A stretch of 63,773 nucleotides of DNA, filler included, from Octopus bimaculoides (lineage: Eukaryota), in the NCBI RefSeq assembly GCF_001194135.2. It is 6 parts of 5 records of this genome, joined end to end, with 100 filler letters (N's around TTAATTAATTAA, not from the genome) between each part and the next. Parts side by side here need not be neighbours in the genome. Positions count along the whole stretch, not along the records: positions 1 to 13,996 come from NC_068993.1; positions 14,097 to 21,528 come from NC_068987.1; positions 21,629 to 50,156 come from NC_068981.1; 3 more parts are not named here. One strand, 5' to 3'. Within the stretch, counting starts at the first letter, position 1, and every line of letters begins with the position of its first letter. The notes beneath the pieces were generated by a model. That model ran no database searches. It saw only the letters and a list, made by a program, of their open reading frames with translations, and was not told the DNA's origin. A program made the position numbers and the translations under genes. Positions 13,136-26,279 of this stretch are shown piece by piece.

Positions 13136-14097
13136 CTGGAAAGATAGAAACAGTTTTAGTAAAAAACACACACATATAAAAGCAACGGATACAAAACAAC
13201 AAAATGTAATTTTTAACGTTTACTAAATCATAACCAAACCGGAAGTGCTCTCATTATCTTCCTTATGGAACTAAAATATTTATTATACAAAACATTTACA
13301 TTACAATCGAGCCAATGGGGAAACCTCTACGCAGTTCATCTACTAGTCATAGTCGTCAAGTATTTTTGAAATTATACCCATCGTCTTTAAAAGACTGGAA
13401 AAGAATATAGGATAATACAACCTTAGATACACTAAGATAAAATGTGATGATCATGGATGGATTGCCCTTTAACCTAACTATATACAGCAAAGAAAACCGG
13501 TTCTGCTGACTTTAATTTTCCTGCAACGTCCTCAGTTTCAGTAGAAATTTTACAACAGCAACACAAATTGCTAATCTAAAAAATCTAATCACATAGTTCT
13601 TGTCTATCGGGACCAACGTAGAACTAAACAACAATAACAACAATAACAACGATTACAGTGACAACGACACAAAGAAGAAACGAGATTATAACCCAATTAT
13701 AAACCTTCGAATTACTATAATACTCCTGTAAGGCATGACATCCCAAGTCAGAATGGAGAAGACCTCATAACGCATAAAATCAGGCACATAGTACTAGAGA
13801 AAGGGTCTTCAAATACTGACAGGGATGGTAACATAGTGTGAATGCCATCATTTTAAGAATAACCATCAGCATGAAACATTACCACAACCACCACCGTCGG
13901 CAGCAGCAGCAGCACCACCGCCACCACCACCACCACCACAAACCACCACCACTACCACCATTACCACCGCCATCACTACCACCGTCAACAGCACCANNNN
14001 NNNNNNNNNNNNNNNNNNNNNNNNNNNNNNNNNNNNNNNNTTAATTAATTAANNNNNNNNNNNNNNNNNNNNNNNNNNNNNNNNNNNNNNNNNNNNA

Positions 14098-14764
14098 CCA
14101 GATAGAAGTGGAGGATGAGAGAACGTTAAATGTTGTAGTCGAGGGAAGGAAACCAAATTGCTACATAAGCGGGGAAAGAGGTCATATGAAGACCAAATTC
14201 CCCCTATATGAGTTCACACAGCCACAGCAAGACAAAGCACAAGCAGAGGAGGAAAACATTGTAGACCACACTGAGGAAATGAAAGAGAGACAGAAGTGTG
14301 AAACAGTGAAAACAAAGGAGAAGAACGAAAATGGAGCTACTAACCCTAAAAAGCGAAAGAAAAATAAGTCAAAGGAACGGTCAACAGAAAACAAAAAAGA
14401 GATAGAAAAGCCAGAAACTAATAATGTACAAGAGAAGAGAACGGATAAAGATGTCAAATACAAAGGGGTTTTGATAAAGTATGAAAAGAACGAGCAGATG
14501 GAGAGGAAAATCGCGAAGTTAGAGGAAATAATAAGGGTGAAGATGCCAGAGAAATGTGCTGGGAAATGCATTTTGATACATGAAGAAAACTACTGGGAGT
14601 ACATGAAAGAACTTGGTGAAAACATAACAACGACAAGGGTATGGTTGGTGGAGACACCACCCCCTAGAACTGATTATTTGCAGTTGATAAGGACACAAGT
14701 AACAGTGATTAATGGGAGAAAGGTAACGCGAGTGTCTCCATTTTTTGAGTTGCAAAACAATTAA
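14098..14764 (+). mobile_element. ORF1 (gag-like) C-terminal part of an L1/Tx1-type element
   Basis: LNVVVEGRKPNCYISGERGHMKTKFP is a degenerate C-x2-C-x4-H-x4-C knuckle, followed by a K/E-rich linker. The frame is open for 218 aa from a gap edge to a stop. Confidence 0.6.
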
Positions 14765-14899
14765 AATGTTTACACGATGTTTAACGTAAAAGTGAAAATC
14801 TGGATAAATGTAACCACCCGACTTNNNNNNNNNNTCCCTTCGTCTGTCCTTGTTTGTCCCCTCTGTGTGTAGCCCCTTGTGGGCAGTAAATAAATAAGA

Positions 14900-15110
14900 A
14901 ACGTTAGCACGTCGGGCGAAATGCTTAGCTGTATTTCGTCTGCCGTTACGTTCTGGGTTCAAATTCCGCCGAGGTCGACTTTGCCTTTCATCCTTTCGGA
15001 GTCGTTTAAATAAGTACCAGTTATGGACTGGGTTCGATGTAATCAACTTAATCCCTTCGTCTGTCCTTGTTTGTCCCCTCTATGTTTAGCCTCCTGTGGA
15101 CAATAAAGAC
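14900..15110 (+). mobile_element. SINE family B copy, preceded by a duplicate of its own tail (14835-14900)
   Basis: aaacgttagcacgtcgggcgaaatgcttagc...gtcgactttgcctttcatcctttcgg; the tail tcccttcgtctgtccttgtttgtcccctct occurs twice. Confidence 0.85.
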
Positions 15111-15347
15111 ATAAATATTGTATTTATACGCTTTCTCTCTCTGTTTCGCTCGCTCTCATCACCATTTCGGTAAGCAGCATAGAATTTATCCTTCACTGAG
15201 AATAATATAATGAGACCGAATTATGCTTGCATTTCACTAATATAGTCTTTTCTAAATCACCATATAATTATTCATAATCATCTTGTCGATGTTTCCTACT
15301 TTAGATATGTCAACAATAACTTAACCATAAGTGTTAACGTTTTAAAG

Positions 15348-15452
15348 CAGTGATCAGCTGTGTGATAGCCTTGAGGAAGAAACTACTGGTGCACGTTCTA
15401 GTCCACTTGTGGCATTTACGAGACAGTCACAAAACGAAACTTCTGCATTCAG
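15348..15452 (+). other. Candidate 105-nt symmetric exon with NAGNAG acceptor
   Basis: ttttaaag|cag|tgatc...cattcag|gtaaaa. Two frames are open (SDQLCDSLEEETTGARSS... or VISCVIALRKK...); no homology recognised. Confidence 0.2.
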
Positions 15453-16459
15453 GTAAAACTGGCTGGCACTATGTTAATTATAATTTTCAAATAGCTGTCC
15501 TCACAAAATTTCTTCATTGACGAGATATCGAGTTTTGTGGATGGTGGAGGTCTCAATACGATAAAGTTATTTCCAGATTTACCTTACCAAATTGCAATGC
15601 AGTCGGTTAGGGAGCTCTTGGCTGTAAACTGAGAGAAGTTACTGGATGTTGTAAGTTCTAATATTTATGGAGAGTGTGAGGTTTTTAGTTGTTTGTTCTT
15701 CCTAAATAGGAAACATTGTTACAGTTTGATTTCTCATTAGATGAGCGATATGCGTATTTACATAACATTTCAGTAACAACTTTGTCGTAGAATCTACATT
15801 GCAGAACTTTCTGAAGCCTCCTTATACTGATAGGAGATGGTGAGATGCATGTTAATTGTATGTGTGAACAAGTTAACAGAGTGTTGAGTGATATGTCAAA
15901 CGTTTTTATTTTTGTGATAAGAAGTAACAGCTATAAGCAACCATTAGATTGATATAATGTTGTAATGAAGAAAGGCAGTGGGCAAGATAACTAGGTCTTG
16001 CATTACATCAGAATTGATGACGTGCAACAGAGGAAAGGGGAGGCAGAGTTCTGGAAAAACCTGCCATAGAACGTCAGATCCAAGTGATTTATATCGCATG
16101 GAGGCTATTAATATAACAGCTTTAGCAGATATCCAAGCCAAATACAGTTAGCCGTTTAACTATTTTGAAGAGCAAATATCGAGCTTTTACTTCAATTCTC
16201 TAGGCAAGAAATGGGAAGTGATATCCAATCAAGCTTACGGAAACCCTATTTTATGATCATTGATGATATAGATACCTTCAAGTGGCATCTGCAAAGGCTG
16301 ATCGTTGAAAATGTTTTCTATTATAACAGAAATGCTGAATATGCAAGTAATGGATCTGCTTCTGTAGTCATCAATTCACAAAGTCTCAACATATTTTGCT
16401 GTTTCTATGAAACTTTAGTGATTAGTTTTAAAATGTCAATTAACCAATAAGTAAGAGTG

Positions 16460-18090
16460 GTTTCAAATTTTGGCACAAAGCCAGCAGTTTGGGGTAATTG
16501 GCCAAGTTGATTACATCGATCCCAATGCTCAAATGGTACTGATTTTATTGACTCCGAAAGGATGAAAGGCAAAGTCAACGTCAGAGGAATTTGAACTCAG
16601 AAAGTAAAAACGGACGAAATGCCGCTAAGCATGTTGCCCAGTTTACTAACGATTCTGCCAGCTCGCCGCCTTTAACCATTAAGTAATAATGTTTATTGGA
16701 TGCCTTTGAATGTTTGACCGAACACGCCTAAGATCAAAGTATTCCATACGAAACATACCATGTATTCCTAGATACAGTGTATCTGGGTTACCCAGTGTAG
16801 TTCTTTCTAAGCTGAAATGGTCTCATTTGTGAAATATTTGACAGCTATTTCTAGTAGACCGAGCATCCACACACAAGCTGCGCATTTGGATCATGATATC
16901 TAGTTGTTGATGTTGCTGTTTAACCCCAGGTCAGCTCTAATCAACTACCATGATTTTTCTCGTCTTTTTAAGAGAATGTACAACTGCAATTTAATGTGTC
17001 CTTGTGTAAACTGAGGAAGATTTGGTTTTTCTTTCTAGCATGTGGAGTGGCTACACCAAGGGTGTCTCGTTGACTCACCATTCTACCAAATATAAACATA
17101 CGGAAAAATATGAAACAGAGATAATGCCAACCTTGCTGTTAATCAGAGTTAAAAATTAAAGCGACGAACTGGCGAAATCGTCACCGCGCCGGAAAAATTC
17201 CTTAGCAGCAATTCTTCCGAAATTTGAAATTATTATAGGTTTCAAATTTAGCAGCATTTCTTTCAAAATGTGAAACCTATATTGGTTTCAAATTTTCGCC
17301 CAGAGCTAGCAATTTCGAGGGGAAAGAGGTAAGTCGATTACATCGACCTCAGTGCTCTACTGGTACTTATTTTATCAACATAGAAAGGATAAAAAGTGAA
17401 ATGGACCTTGGTGGAATAGGCCAAAAAAAAAATGGAAGAAATCCTAATAAGCACTTCACCCGGCGTGCTAAGGATTCTGCCAGCTCACCGTTTTAAATCA
17501 TTGCCATGATATGGCTTTCAAATTTTGGTACAACGTCACCAATTTTGGAGGAGGGGTAAGTCGATTACATCGACTTCAATGTTCAACTGATACTTATTTT
17601 ATCGGCCCCGAAAGGATGAAAGACAAAGTCGTCCACAACGGTATTTGAACTCAGAACATAAAGACGGACGATATGCCGCTTAGTATTTTGTTCGGCTTGC
17701 TAGAGATTCTGCCAGTTCGCAGCCTTAAATCACAAACATTAAATTAATTAATTATTGACTTCAAATTACACCGATGTTCACATTGCCTTTCATCTTCTCG
17801 AGATCGATAAAATATGTAGCAATTGAGCACTGGGTTCGATGTAGCAGTCTTACCCCTCCCCTGAAACTGCTGGCCTTCTGCCAAAATTTGAAACCAATAT
17901 CACTAACACCAGAAGGCAGCGAGCTTGTAGAATCGTTATCACACCGGACAAAATGTTTAGCGACATTTCATCCGTCTTTACGTTCATCCTTTTCGGAGTC
18001 GATAAAATAAATACCAGTTGAGCGCTTAGGCCGATGTAATCAACTTACCCTCTCCACAAAACTTTCTAGCCTTGTGCCATAATTTGAAAC
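16460..18090. mobile_element. Cluster of at least five SINE family B copies in both orientations
   Basis: Approx. 16460-16675(-), 17280-17495(-), 17515-17725(-), 17790-17895(+, tail) and 17915-18090(+). Confidence 0.8.
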
Positions 18091-18736
18091 TAATATTATT
18101 TACCACCGATATTGTGCAGTATCTTTCACGGAAGCACCAAACTTACAAGAATCACTAGAAGACATGGCTCTCTGCTGCTCAGATCACGCGTGTTTAGCGA
18201 GACATCGGTAAAAATTTAAAACTTTCTTTGGGCTAAAAGAAAAGAGATGTATAAGAATAATAGTAATAAATTTAAGACTGTCATAAAGATTATATGAGAT
18301 CCTGTTGAAGTTAATCTGCATTCAGGTTTCGATTCCGTGTTGTAAATATTGTTATAAATGTTACCGACGTTTTTGAGGGAGAAAGCATTACAATTCGAAT
18401 TTCCCTCTAAAAATATCAAAGTTTAAAATGTTAAAAAAGTATCGAAATCTCAATCCCACCATAGCCTATCAACAGACACTCTTATATCATGACAAACATC
18501 CAAAATTAGATATTCTACAAAAAGATACTTGTTGATAAAAGATACAGTGAAATTGTATTAGAAATAAATAATCAAAAAATGCGTCGTAATTATTTAAAGT
18601 TTTTTTTTCTTTTCTCTTTTCTGTTCGATTCATTTTAGATATAAAACGGATTGGCACTGAGACAAGTTCCGTCACGTATTATCAAATCATGTTTTACAGT
18701 TTTATAGAAAAGACGTTTAGGAAACGCCGAATAATG

Positions 18737-18776
<40 letters not shown>

Positions 18777-19388
18777 CAGCCCAACATCTGCCGGAAATTA
18801 TTCAATTCTAAAGCAATAACAATGACATATTTCACTTAAACATTCTACTCGATCTTAGGTGAAATTTTGTTTACTAAATTCTACTTCCAAAATTTATTTC
18901 TGTTGTCTCGCGATGCTCATTCTTTTTTTTTTCTTACACTTTTGCTTTATTTTCATGTATTTTTAATTTTATTAGTGTTTTTTTTTTCTTTTCTGTCATG
19001 ATTTTGTTTGTTTTTTGCTTTTGTTTCTTTTTACTTTCTCTCATTGCTTTAGTTTTTCTGTTCTCACAATCTTGAAAGTTTATATAACTTGACGTAACTC
19101 TAACACTATTACAGAAGTATTAGAGCGACCTTGTTCAATGAGAGAATTTCGCGTAAATGTTACCCAAATTCCAGCCAATCATATATGTTTTTATTGTTTT
19201 CTGAGTGTGCGTGTGTGTGCGAATATACATACACACATATATAGAAATACACTCATATGTAAGCATATATATGTCTATGCGTGTATTTGTGTCAATATAT
19301 GCACACATATATAGAAATCCAGTCAAATGTAAGCATATATGTGTGCGATTTTATGTCTGTATAGTTACATATTAAATACATATGCACG

Positions 19389-19530
19389 CAGGAGTGGCTG
19401 TGTGGTAAGAAGCTTGCTTACGGACCACATAGTTCCGGGTTCAGTCCCACTGTGTGGCACCTTAGGCAGGTGTCTTCTACTATAGTGGTTTTGGTAGACG
19501 AAAACTGAAAGAAGCCCGTCGTGTATATAT
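19389..19530 (+). mobile_element. SINE family A 5' half (runs into a gap)
   Basis: ggagtggctgtgtggtaagaagcttgct...gttcagtcccactgtgtggcacctt. Confidence 0.85.
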
Positions 19531-20481
19531 NNNNNNNNNNNNNNNNNNNNNNNNNNNNNNNNNNNNNNNNNNNNNNNNNNNNNNNNNNNNNNNNNNNNNN
19601 NNNNNNNNNNNNNNNNNNNNNNNNNNNNNNNNNNNNNNNNNNNNNNNNNNNNNNNNNNNNNNNNNNNNNNNNNNNNNNNNNNNNNNNNNNNNNNNNNNNN
19701 NNNNNNNNNNNNNNNNNNNNNNNNNNNNNNNNNNNNNNNNNNNNNNNNNNNNNNNNNNNNNNNNNNNNNNNNNNNNNNNNNNNNNNNNNNNNNNNNNNNN
19801 NNNNNNNNNNNNNNNNNNNNNNNNNNNNNNNNNNNNNNNNNNNNNNNNNNNNNNNNNNNNNNNNNNNNNNNNNNNNNNNNNNNNNNNNNNNNNNNNNNNN
19901 NNNNNNNNNNNNNNNNNNNNNNNNNNNNNNNNNNNNNNNNNNNNNNNNNNNNNNNNNNNNNNNNNNNNNNNNNNNNNNNNNNNNNNNNNNNNNNNNNNNN
20001 NNNNNNNNNNNNNNNNNNNNNNNNNNNNNNNNNNNNNNNNNNNNNNNNNNNNNNNNNNNNNNNNNNNNNNNNNNNNNNNNNNNNNNNNNNNNNNNNNNNN
20101 NNNNNNNNNNNNNNNNNNNNNNNNNNNNNNNNNNNNNNNNNNNNNNNNNNNNNNNNNNNNNNNNNNNNNNNNNNNNNNNNNNNNNNNNNNNNNNNNNNNN
20201 NNNNNNNNNNNNNNNNNNNNNNNNNNNNNNNNNNNNNNNNNNNNNNNNNNNNNNNNNNNNNNNNNNNNNNNNNNNNNNNNNNNNNNNNNNNNNNNNNNNN
20301 NNNNNNNNNNNNNNNNNNNNNNNNNNNNNNNNNNNNNNNNNNNNNNNNNNNNNNNNNNNNNNNACAGACGGTGCCCAACTTACCCTACTATACTGTGTAA
20401 TCGACAAAATCAAAAACAAACAGTGCACATGCGCGAAATAAAAAAAAGGGCCAACAATTTACCCGTCGCACCCTGTGTGTG

Positions 20482-20531
<50 letters not shown>

Positions 20532-22524
20532 AATATATATATACATACACACTTAAGGAGCATGTGTATATACACATACGTAATGTATACATATATACGT
20601 GCATACATGTGTATATATGTGTGAGTATTTGTATATGTATTTGTATGTTATATATGTGATGGCATTAAATGGCCTTGAGGTTAATGTTGGTGCAAATTAC
20701 ACCATTTCCTTTATATTCTTATTGAATATTCTATCAGTTTCTACTACTGTCACATCGTTTGGCCTTTGAGCTGGCATGTGTGTGTGTGTGTGTGTGTGTA
20801 TGAGTGTGCCTCTATCTGTGAGAGAGAGGGAGTGTGTGTGTGGTATTTTGTTATTGTTCCTTCAAAGAGTGAACTTTAATCGAGGAAATATATATACGGG
20901 AGATAGTTCAGAGAGTTGAATTTACATTTTCCGAACTGACCTCCTAGACTTATTTACAATGCCAAAATAATAAGTCGGCCAAGTAGTTAGTAACTGAGAT
21001 TCTATGTTCGTCAATATGGATAAGTTATAGTGATCTTTGGTTACCTATGTAACAGAAATACGCATCATACTCTTCCCATCACAGTTTATTGTACATTCTG
21101 CTCCACCTTAATTCAAACATAAGTAATTTACAGAGCTATAACTCTTTCTGCTATAGGAACAAAACCTAGAAATATCGGGATAGGGGGTTAGTTGATAACA
21201 TGGACCCAGTGCTCAACTGGTACGAATTTTATCAACCATGAATTTGAACTCAAAATGTAAAGAACTGAAGAAATGCCGCTAAGCATTTTGTCCAACGTGT
21301 TACCAATTCTACCAGCTCGCTGCCTTATTAGAGTAGTTCTAATAAAATGAGAATGAATATTATTAGAATAGTTTGTTTGGGATTTTTTTTATCACCCAAT
21401 CAGAGTACAGCATATAATTTTTAATACCCACAAATTCAAAAATTTCTTTTGTTGTAATTTTTACTATGAAAGTGGAGACGCAATTGCCCAGTGGTTAGGG
21501 CAGCGGACTCGCGGTCATAGGATCGCGGNNNNNNNNNNNNNNNNNNNNNNNNNNNNNNNNNNNNNNNNNNNNTTAATTAATTAANNNNNNNNNNNNNNNN
21601 NNNNNNNNNNNNNNNNNNNNNNNNNNNNAAAAAAAAAAAAAAAAAAAAAACACAAAAAAAGGAAAAGAAAGAAGGAAACGATTTTTCAATATTTTTAGTA
21701 GAAGAACTAGACGTTATAAACACGATTCAAATAATGTTTCTATCTAACCCAAGGTGTAATTTCACAAGGTTAGTGTTCAATGAAAGAATGTCAAGATTTA
21801 ATGGAAAATAAAAATAAATTAATTAACGATACCTATCTCTTAACACACCGAGCTACTAAGTACAGACAAAAATAAATAAATATATGAAAAAAAAATTCAT
21901 ATAAATTGCCAACAAATCAATTTGGAAAAGTTCTTATACGACTTTACAATCTACAGACAGGCGGCAAATAACAAATAAACAAACAAATACATAAATAAGA
22001 TAGCGGTGGAAGTGTCCAGTAGTGATATATTCGTGGTATCACGACCATTGCCGAATCTTAAAAGTATTAAAATTTCAAGTAAGCAACCGATACAGTGAAT
22101 AAATAGGTACTTAAAATAAAATGGTTTAAGAATAGTTAAGGGGATTCTGTTAAAACTTAATTTCTTGTGACTAATTATGTCTATCTGCTATAATAACTGG
22201 AGAAAGAAGAAGAAAAAAACATCATCGTGACAATCGGTTACTAGTGTGAAAAAACAGAAACATCACGTTGAACAATAGTTCCAAATATCAAGAGAGGTTT
22301 CACACTCGCATGATCGGAGAGCATGTGGTGGCCTACGCGACCTGGAGCCATCTCGGCTTCCGTCCTGCGGACACCCATCCTCCTCTCCCTTTCGTAAGCG
22401 TCCGGTCTACAAAAATACAAATAGGACGCCATCGAGTGCAGCATGATCACGGATGGGCTGGTGCGCCGACTTGACCAACATCATGTTTCCACTCTGCCTT
22501 CCAGCTCTACAGTAGTGCTTGGCT

Positions 22525-23109
22525 CTAATTACCAGATCTTATAATAATATTTACCCAATACTCATGTTCTCATACTGAATATATTCGACGCAGTAAATAT
22601 TTTCTGCGGATATATTCCTGGAATTAGCGCGCCAAAACGAAGACTTTTGAATTTTACCATTAAGCTGTAATTAGCAGAACCATATGCACGCGCACACATG
22701 GCGGTGGGCAACTATGTATAAGATTCTGATAATTGCTGCTACATTACAAATCAGGCTGATGAGGAATAGACAAATGGTAAGAATTTGTTAAATCCGAAAC
22801 CTGGTTCCTGTTTAATAATGATTTTTTTAGGTGATTTTAAATGTCTTGCCCGCTCACGTTTTTGGTATGCTATATTTCATGTTGAGAACTTTTTAGGTCT
22901 TAATAGACACAAGATGTGATCTATTTCTAGCGCATTAATTGTCCACGTTAGTGGTCGACGTTATTTTTTAAAATGTACCTTAATCCCCTGAGATTGCAGA
23001 TAATATTTCTGAATCTCTTTGATTCTTTAAATGTGCTTGCTCCCTGATAATTGATCGATATTAATTAATATATTAATATATGACTAATTACCAGATCTTA
23101 TAATAATAT
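22525..23109 (+). mobile_element. 559-bp unit bounded by exact 26-nt direct repeats, containing a hammerhead ribozyme
   Basis: ctaattaccagatcttataataatat occurs at 22525-22550 and 23084-23109; hammerhead at 22752-22810. Confidence 0.65.
22752..22810 (+). ncRNA. Type I hammerhead ribozyme motif
   Basis: cagg (22752-55) CTGATGA (22756-62); stem II gga-ata-gacaaat-ggtaaga-atttgtt-aaa-tcc; GAAA (22796-99); palindromic stem III ACC-T-GGT; site GUU (H17 = 22806); then cctg pairing with cagg. Confidence 0.8.
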
Positions 23110-23110
23110 C

Positions 23111-23152
<42 letters not shown>

Positions 23153-23153
<1 letters not shown>

Positions 23154-23345
23154 GGCGGCTATCCAGCAGAATCGTTAGTATGTCAGGCAAAATGCATGGT
23201 GGCATTTCGTCCGCCTTTACGTCTGCGCTCAAATTTCACTGAGGTTAACTTTGTCTTTCATCCGTTCAGGCTGACACTGGAGTCGATGTAATCGACTTAG
23301 CTACTTCCCCTGAAATTACTGGTCTTGTTCCAAAATTTGAAACTA
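23153..23345 (+). mobile_element. SINE family B copy after a (GATA)n tract
   Basis: aaggcggc..cagaatcgttag..aactttgtctttcatcc. Confidence 0.75.
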
Positions 23346-23361
23346 TATATTTATATATACA

Positions 23362-24236
23362 TACGAGGAGGTACTCTAAAGTAACTGAAAACCTTCTCTG
23401 TGTGACAAGCCCGTTCCACTTAAGGCTTCCACCGCTAGAAACCACTTGATACGGCCCTCAGGCAGTAGTCTGCCGACCGACGTCGACGAGTGAAGTCGTA
23501 CTGCCACGTGGTGTGTTTTTGTTTTGCAGTGCTTCTCCCCTGTTCGTAAATTTTTGCGATGGCTGAAACGAAGGAACAGCATGCTTTCGTGAAATTCTGT
23601 TTTCTGCTGGGGAAAACGGTGGCCGATACAGTTGTTATACTTCAAACAGCTTACAATGACGCTACCATGAGCAAAACACAAGTTTACGAGTGGTTTTCAT
23701 GCTTTAGGGCGACCGTCGACCTCCTGAACGAATGAAAACATCACAAGAATTTATGACTTGATCTTGGAGGACCATCGCCGAACAATTGACAAACTTGTTG
23801 ATATGACTGGTGTGCCCTGGAGCTAATGCCAAAGAATTTTGAGTGAGGAATTGCGAATGAAAAGAGTTGCAGTAAAATTTGTGCCTCACTTGCTCACGGA
23901 AGATCAAAAGCAGTCACAACTGAATGCGTGTTGTGAACTGAAAGAACAGTTGAGAGTTGATTCACACATTTTTCGATGGTCATCACTGGTGACGAAAGCT
24001 GGTGTTACAGAAATTGTAGATGTGGAAGAGATGAAGAAAAAAAAAAACGACAGATGCGTTAAAAGGCATCACTTCGCATGAGTTCCAGGACTACTTCGAA
24101 CAGTGGGAAACGCGTCTGGACCGATGCATTGCTTCAAACGGAAACTACTTTGAAGGCGATAAAAGTATAAACATGTAAAACTAAGTGAATAAAATAATAA
24201 TGCAAAATTTCGATTTCTTTTTGGTATCCCCTCGTA
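23362..24236 (+). mobile_element. Internally deleted, inactive mariner transposon
   Basis: Imperfect TIRs TAcgaggaggtactctaaag / ...tttttggtatcccctcgTA. ATG at 23559 gives MAETKEQHAFVKFCFLLGK..VYEWF, GRPSTS, KRVAVKFVPHLLT, VITGDESWCY (frameshifted), then jumps to FEQWETRLDRCIASNGNYFEGDK. Confidence 0.92.
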
Positions 24237-25864
24237 TATGTAATAATTATGATAATAATAATAATAATCATAATAATAATCATAATAATAATAATAATCC
24301 ATGGAATTTATATTTTAATGTATCGCTACGTGCGTTTCCACAAATTACATTTCTTTACAGACTATGGTCGTAAGAAACATGTGAATTATAGAAATGCGAG
24401 TAGCGATGTCTTAACACACACATAAACAGGCCGCCATTCTGACTCTGAGCTCTGGGTCCAATTTCATCCGAAATCAACCTTGTCATTAATTTTGGCGGTG
24501 TAGACTTCTCTCTCTCTCTCTCTCTCTGTCTATCTATCTCTCTTGTTGCTCAAAATATCTCAGATCGCACCTTGCCGTCTTAAAAATATCTAAATCTACA
24601 ACCCCAACCCACAACAAACGGCATAGCTACGGCTGGAGAATGTCTCATAAGTCTGCCGACGTGGCATGTGGGGTTTTAACCAAATATAACAAAGTACTAC
24701 AAAATTTCTAGCTAAGAATCGAACTCACGTCTTAAAAAGTTTTACTCTAATACGTTAACCAATTCGGACATTACGCCTCAACCAGTTTGTTTCTTTTCTA
24801 TCTAATAAACTAATTTTTGTAAATTATTAGCAATTAAATATATTATTAATCGATTGCTCTATTCAAAATTCAACTACAAAGATATCTTCAAAAGAAGCTT
24901 GCAGTTTGTTTTTAATACTTTGAATAAATAAACAAAAAAAAGACAGATTAATCTTTGAATAATAATTTGCTGAACGGAATTAATTATAGGAACCTCATTA
25001 TAACATGCTATAACGAGAGTGAGAATAAATGACTTGATATTGTAATTTAGACTTAAAATATATAAACAATGTATTCCAACCATGGTCATCCCATCTATTT
25101 TTTACGGGCTTCTAGGTCTGTCATTAGCTAATGTGCCTTTTCCCTTTTTAAAGATAGTGATGTAATATCTGATGAGATTTGGATGCTATATATATATATA
25201 TATATATATATAACGGACGAGAAGTGACCAATTTACAAGGCATTGATGAATAAATGACCTATTTTGTTAGAATGATTTGTGTCCACGTATTACCAATATA
25301 TCTTATGGTGGTTCTTTGCCAAGCACCCAAACAGATACAGCTGCTATGTCAGTGTTATTCTCTTTGCGGTTGAATGATTGCTAAAATTACTAGATTCAGC
25401 ATGAAACCATTGATACTGCATTAACACCAATTCTACTATTTAATGATGTGCATGCGTACGTGCATCTATGTTTGTTGCATGTATATACAGTCATTTGTTC
25501 TATAGATATGTGTACTTGAGTACAGTAAACGCGCTGAATACAACATTCAGTACTGGTTGCATATTCAAAAACTATCAATGAATGGTGACTATTTACTTCG
25601 AAAGTTCACCGATTTTGGTTTCTCGAATCTCTGTTTGGTACGATGAAATTTTCCTTATACATAGTAGTAATTTGGTACAAGGTCGAGATAATGGGTTGAA
25701 GTTGTAAACATAGACATAAAGCGAGATGGAGAACAGAAAATTTTGGATATTGGGTAAAAGTATTAAATAAATAAAAGGGCATAGGGAAGGAGACGAAATA
25801 TCTGCTATGTGATTATTTAGCGCAGAAAATATGAAGTTCCAGGAAGAACTGAATAATATAAACC

Positions 25865-26240
25865 TTCACTGAAGAAGCCGCACCAATTATGAAAATGTTG
25901 CGACTAATTAACTCGTTACATCCCGAGGCAGTCCGCATCCAGGTCATAAATCCTGGATATCCTTCTGCTGCCTTATTTTGTACACCTGTTTGTGTTTTAA
26001 ATTACACCTTCTTAGTTGGTCACGATGTCCTAGAGCCAGGGTACCTTGGATCATTGGATCTGAGATACCAGTTGATCGTAGGGAAAGTTATGCCTTGTGA
26101 AGTTCACTTCTCCAGATCCAGCTGGAACTCTTTTCCACTGCTTCTGCCATTGCCTTTAGAGCTCTGGTTCTCTTTCCCCCAAAATTTTGAGAGTCGTTTC
26201 ATGTGAACGCAGGCGGATTTATTCACAAGCCCCTGGCTCC
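25865..26240 (-). mobile_element. 3' end of a HERO-like (RLE) non-LTR retrotransposon
   Basis: GARG(fs)VNKSAC..KRTRALKAMAEAVEKSSSWIWR resembles the HERO terminus AEAAERASRWLWLKR; a 3' UTR-like tail follows. Confidence 0.7.
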
Positions 26241-26279
26241 CATTTCTTGAAATAAGCAAATTTTATATGTACATGTATA

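Noticed and set aside
14041-14052. TTAATTAATTAA centred in 100-nt N blocks (also at 21573, 50201, 56107 and 60582)
   Set aside because: Artificial all-frame-stop scaffolding linker marking unsized gaps; not biological.
25889-26206. 105-aa plus-strand ORF, and a minus-strand AEGYPGF peptide resembling ENOSF1 GYPAY
   Set aside because: The region is a HERO-like 3' end; flanking residues do not match ENOSF1.
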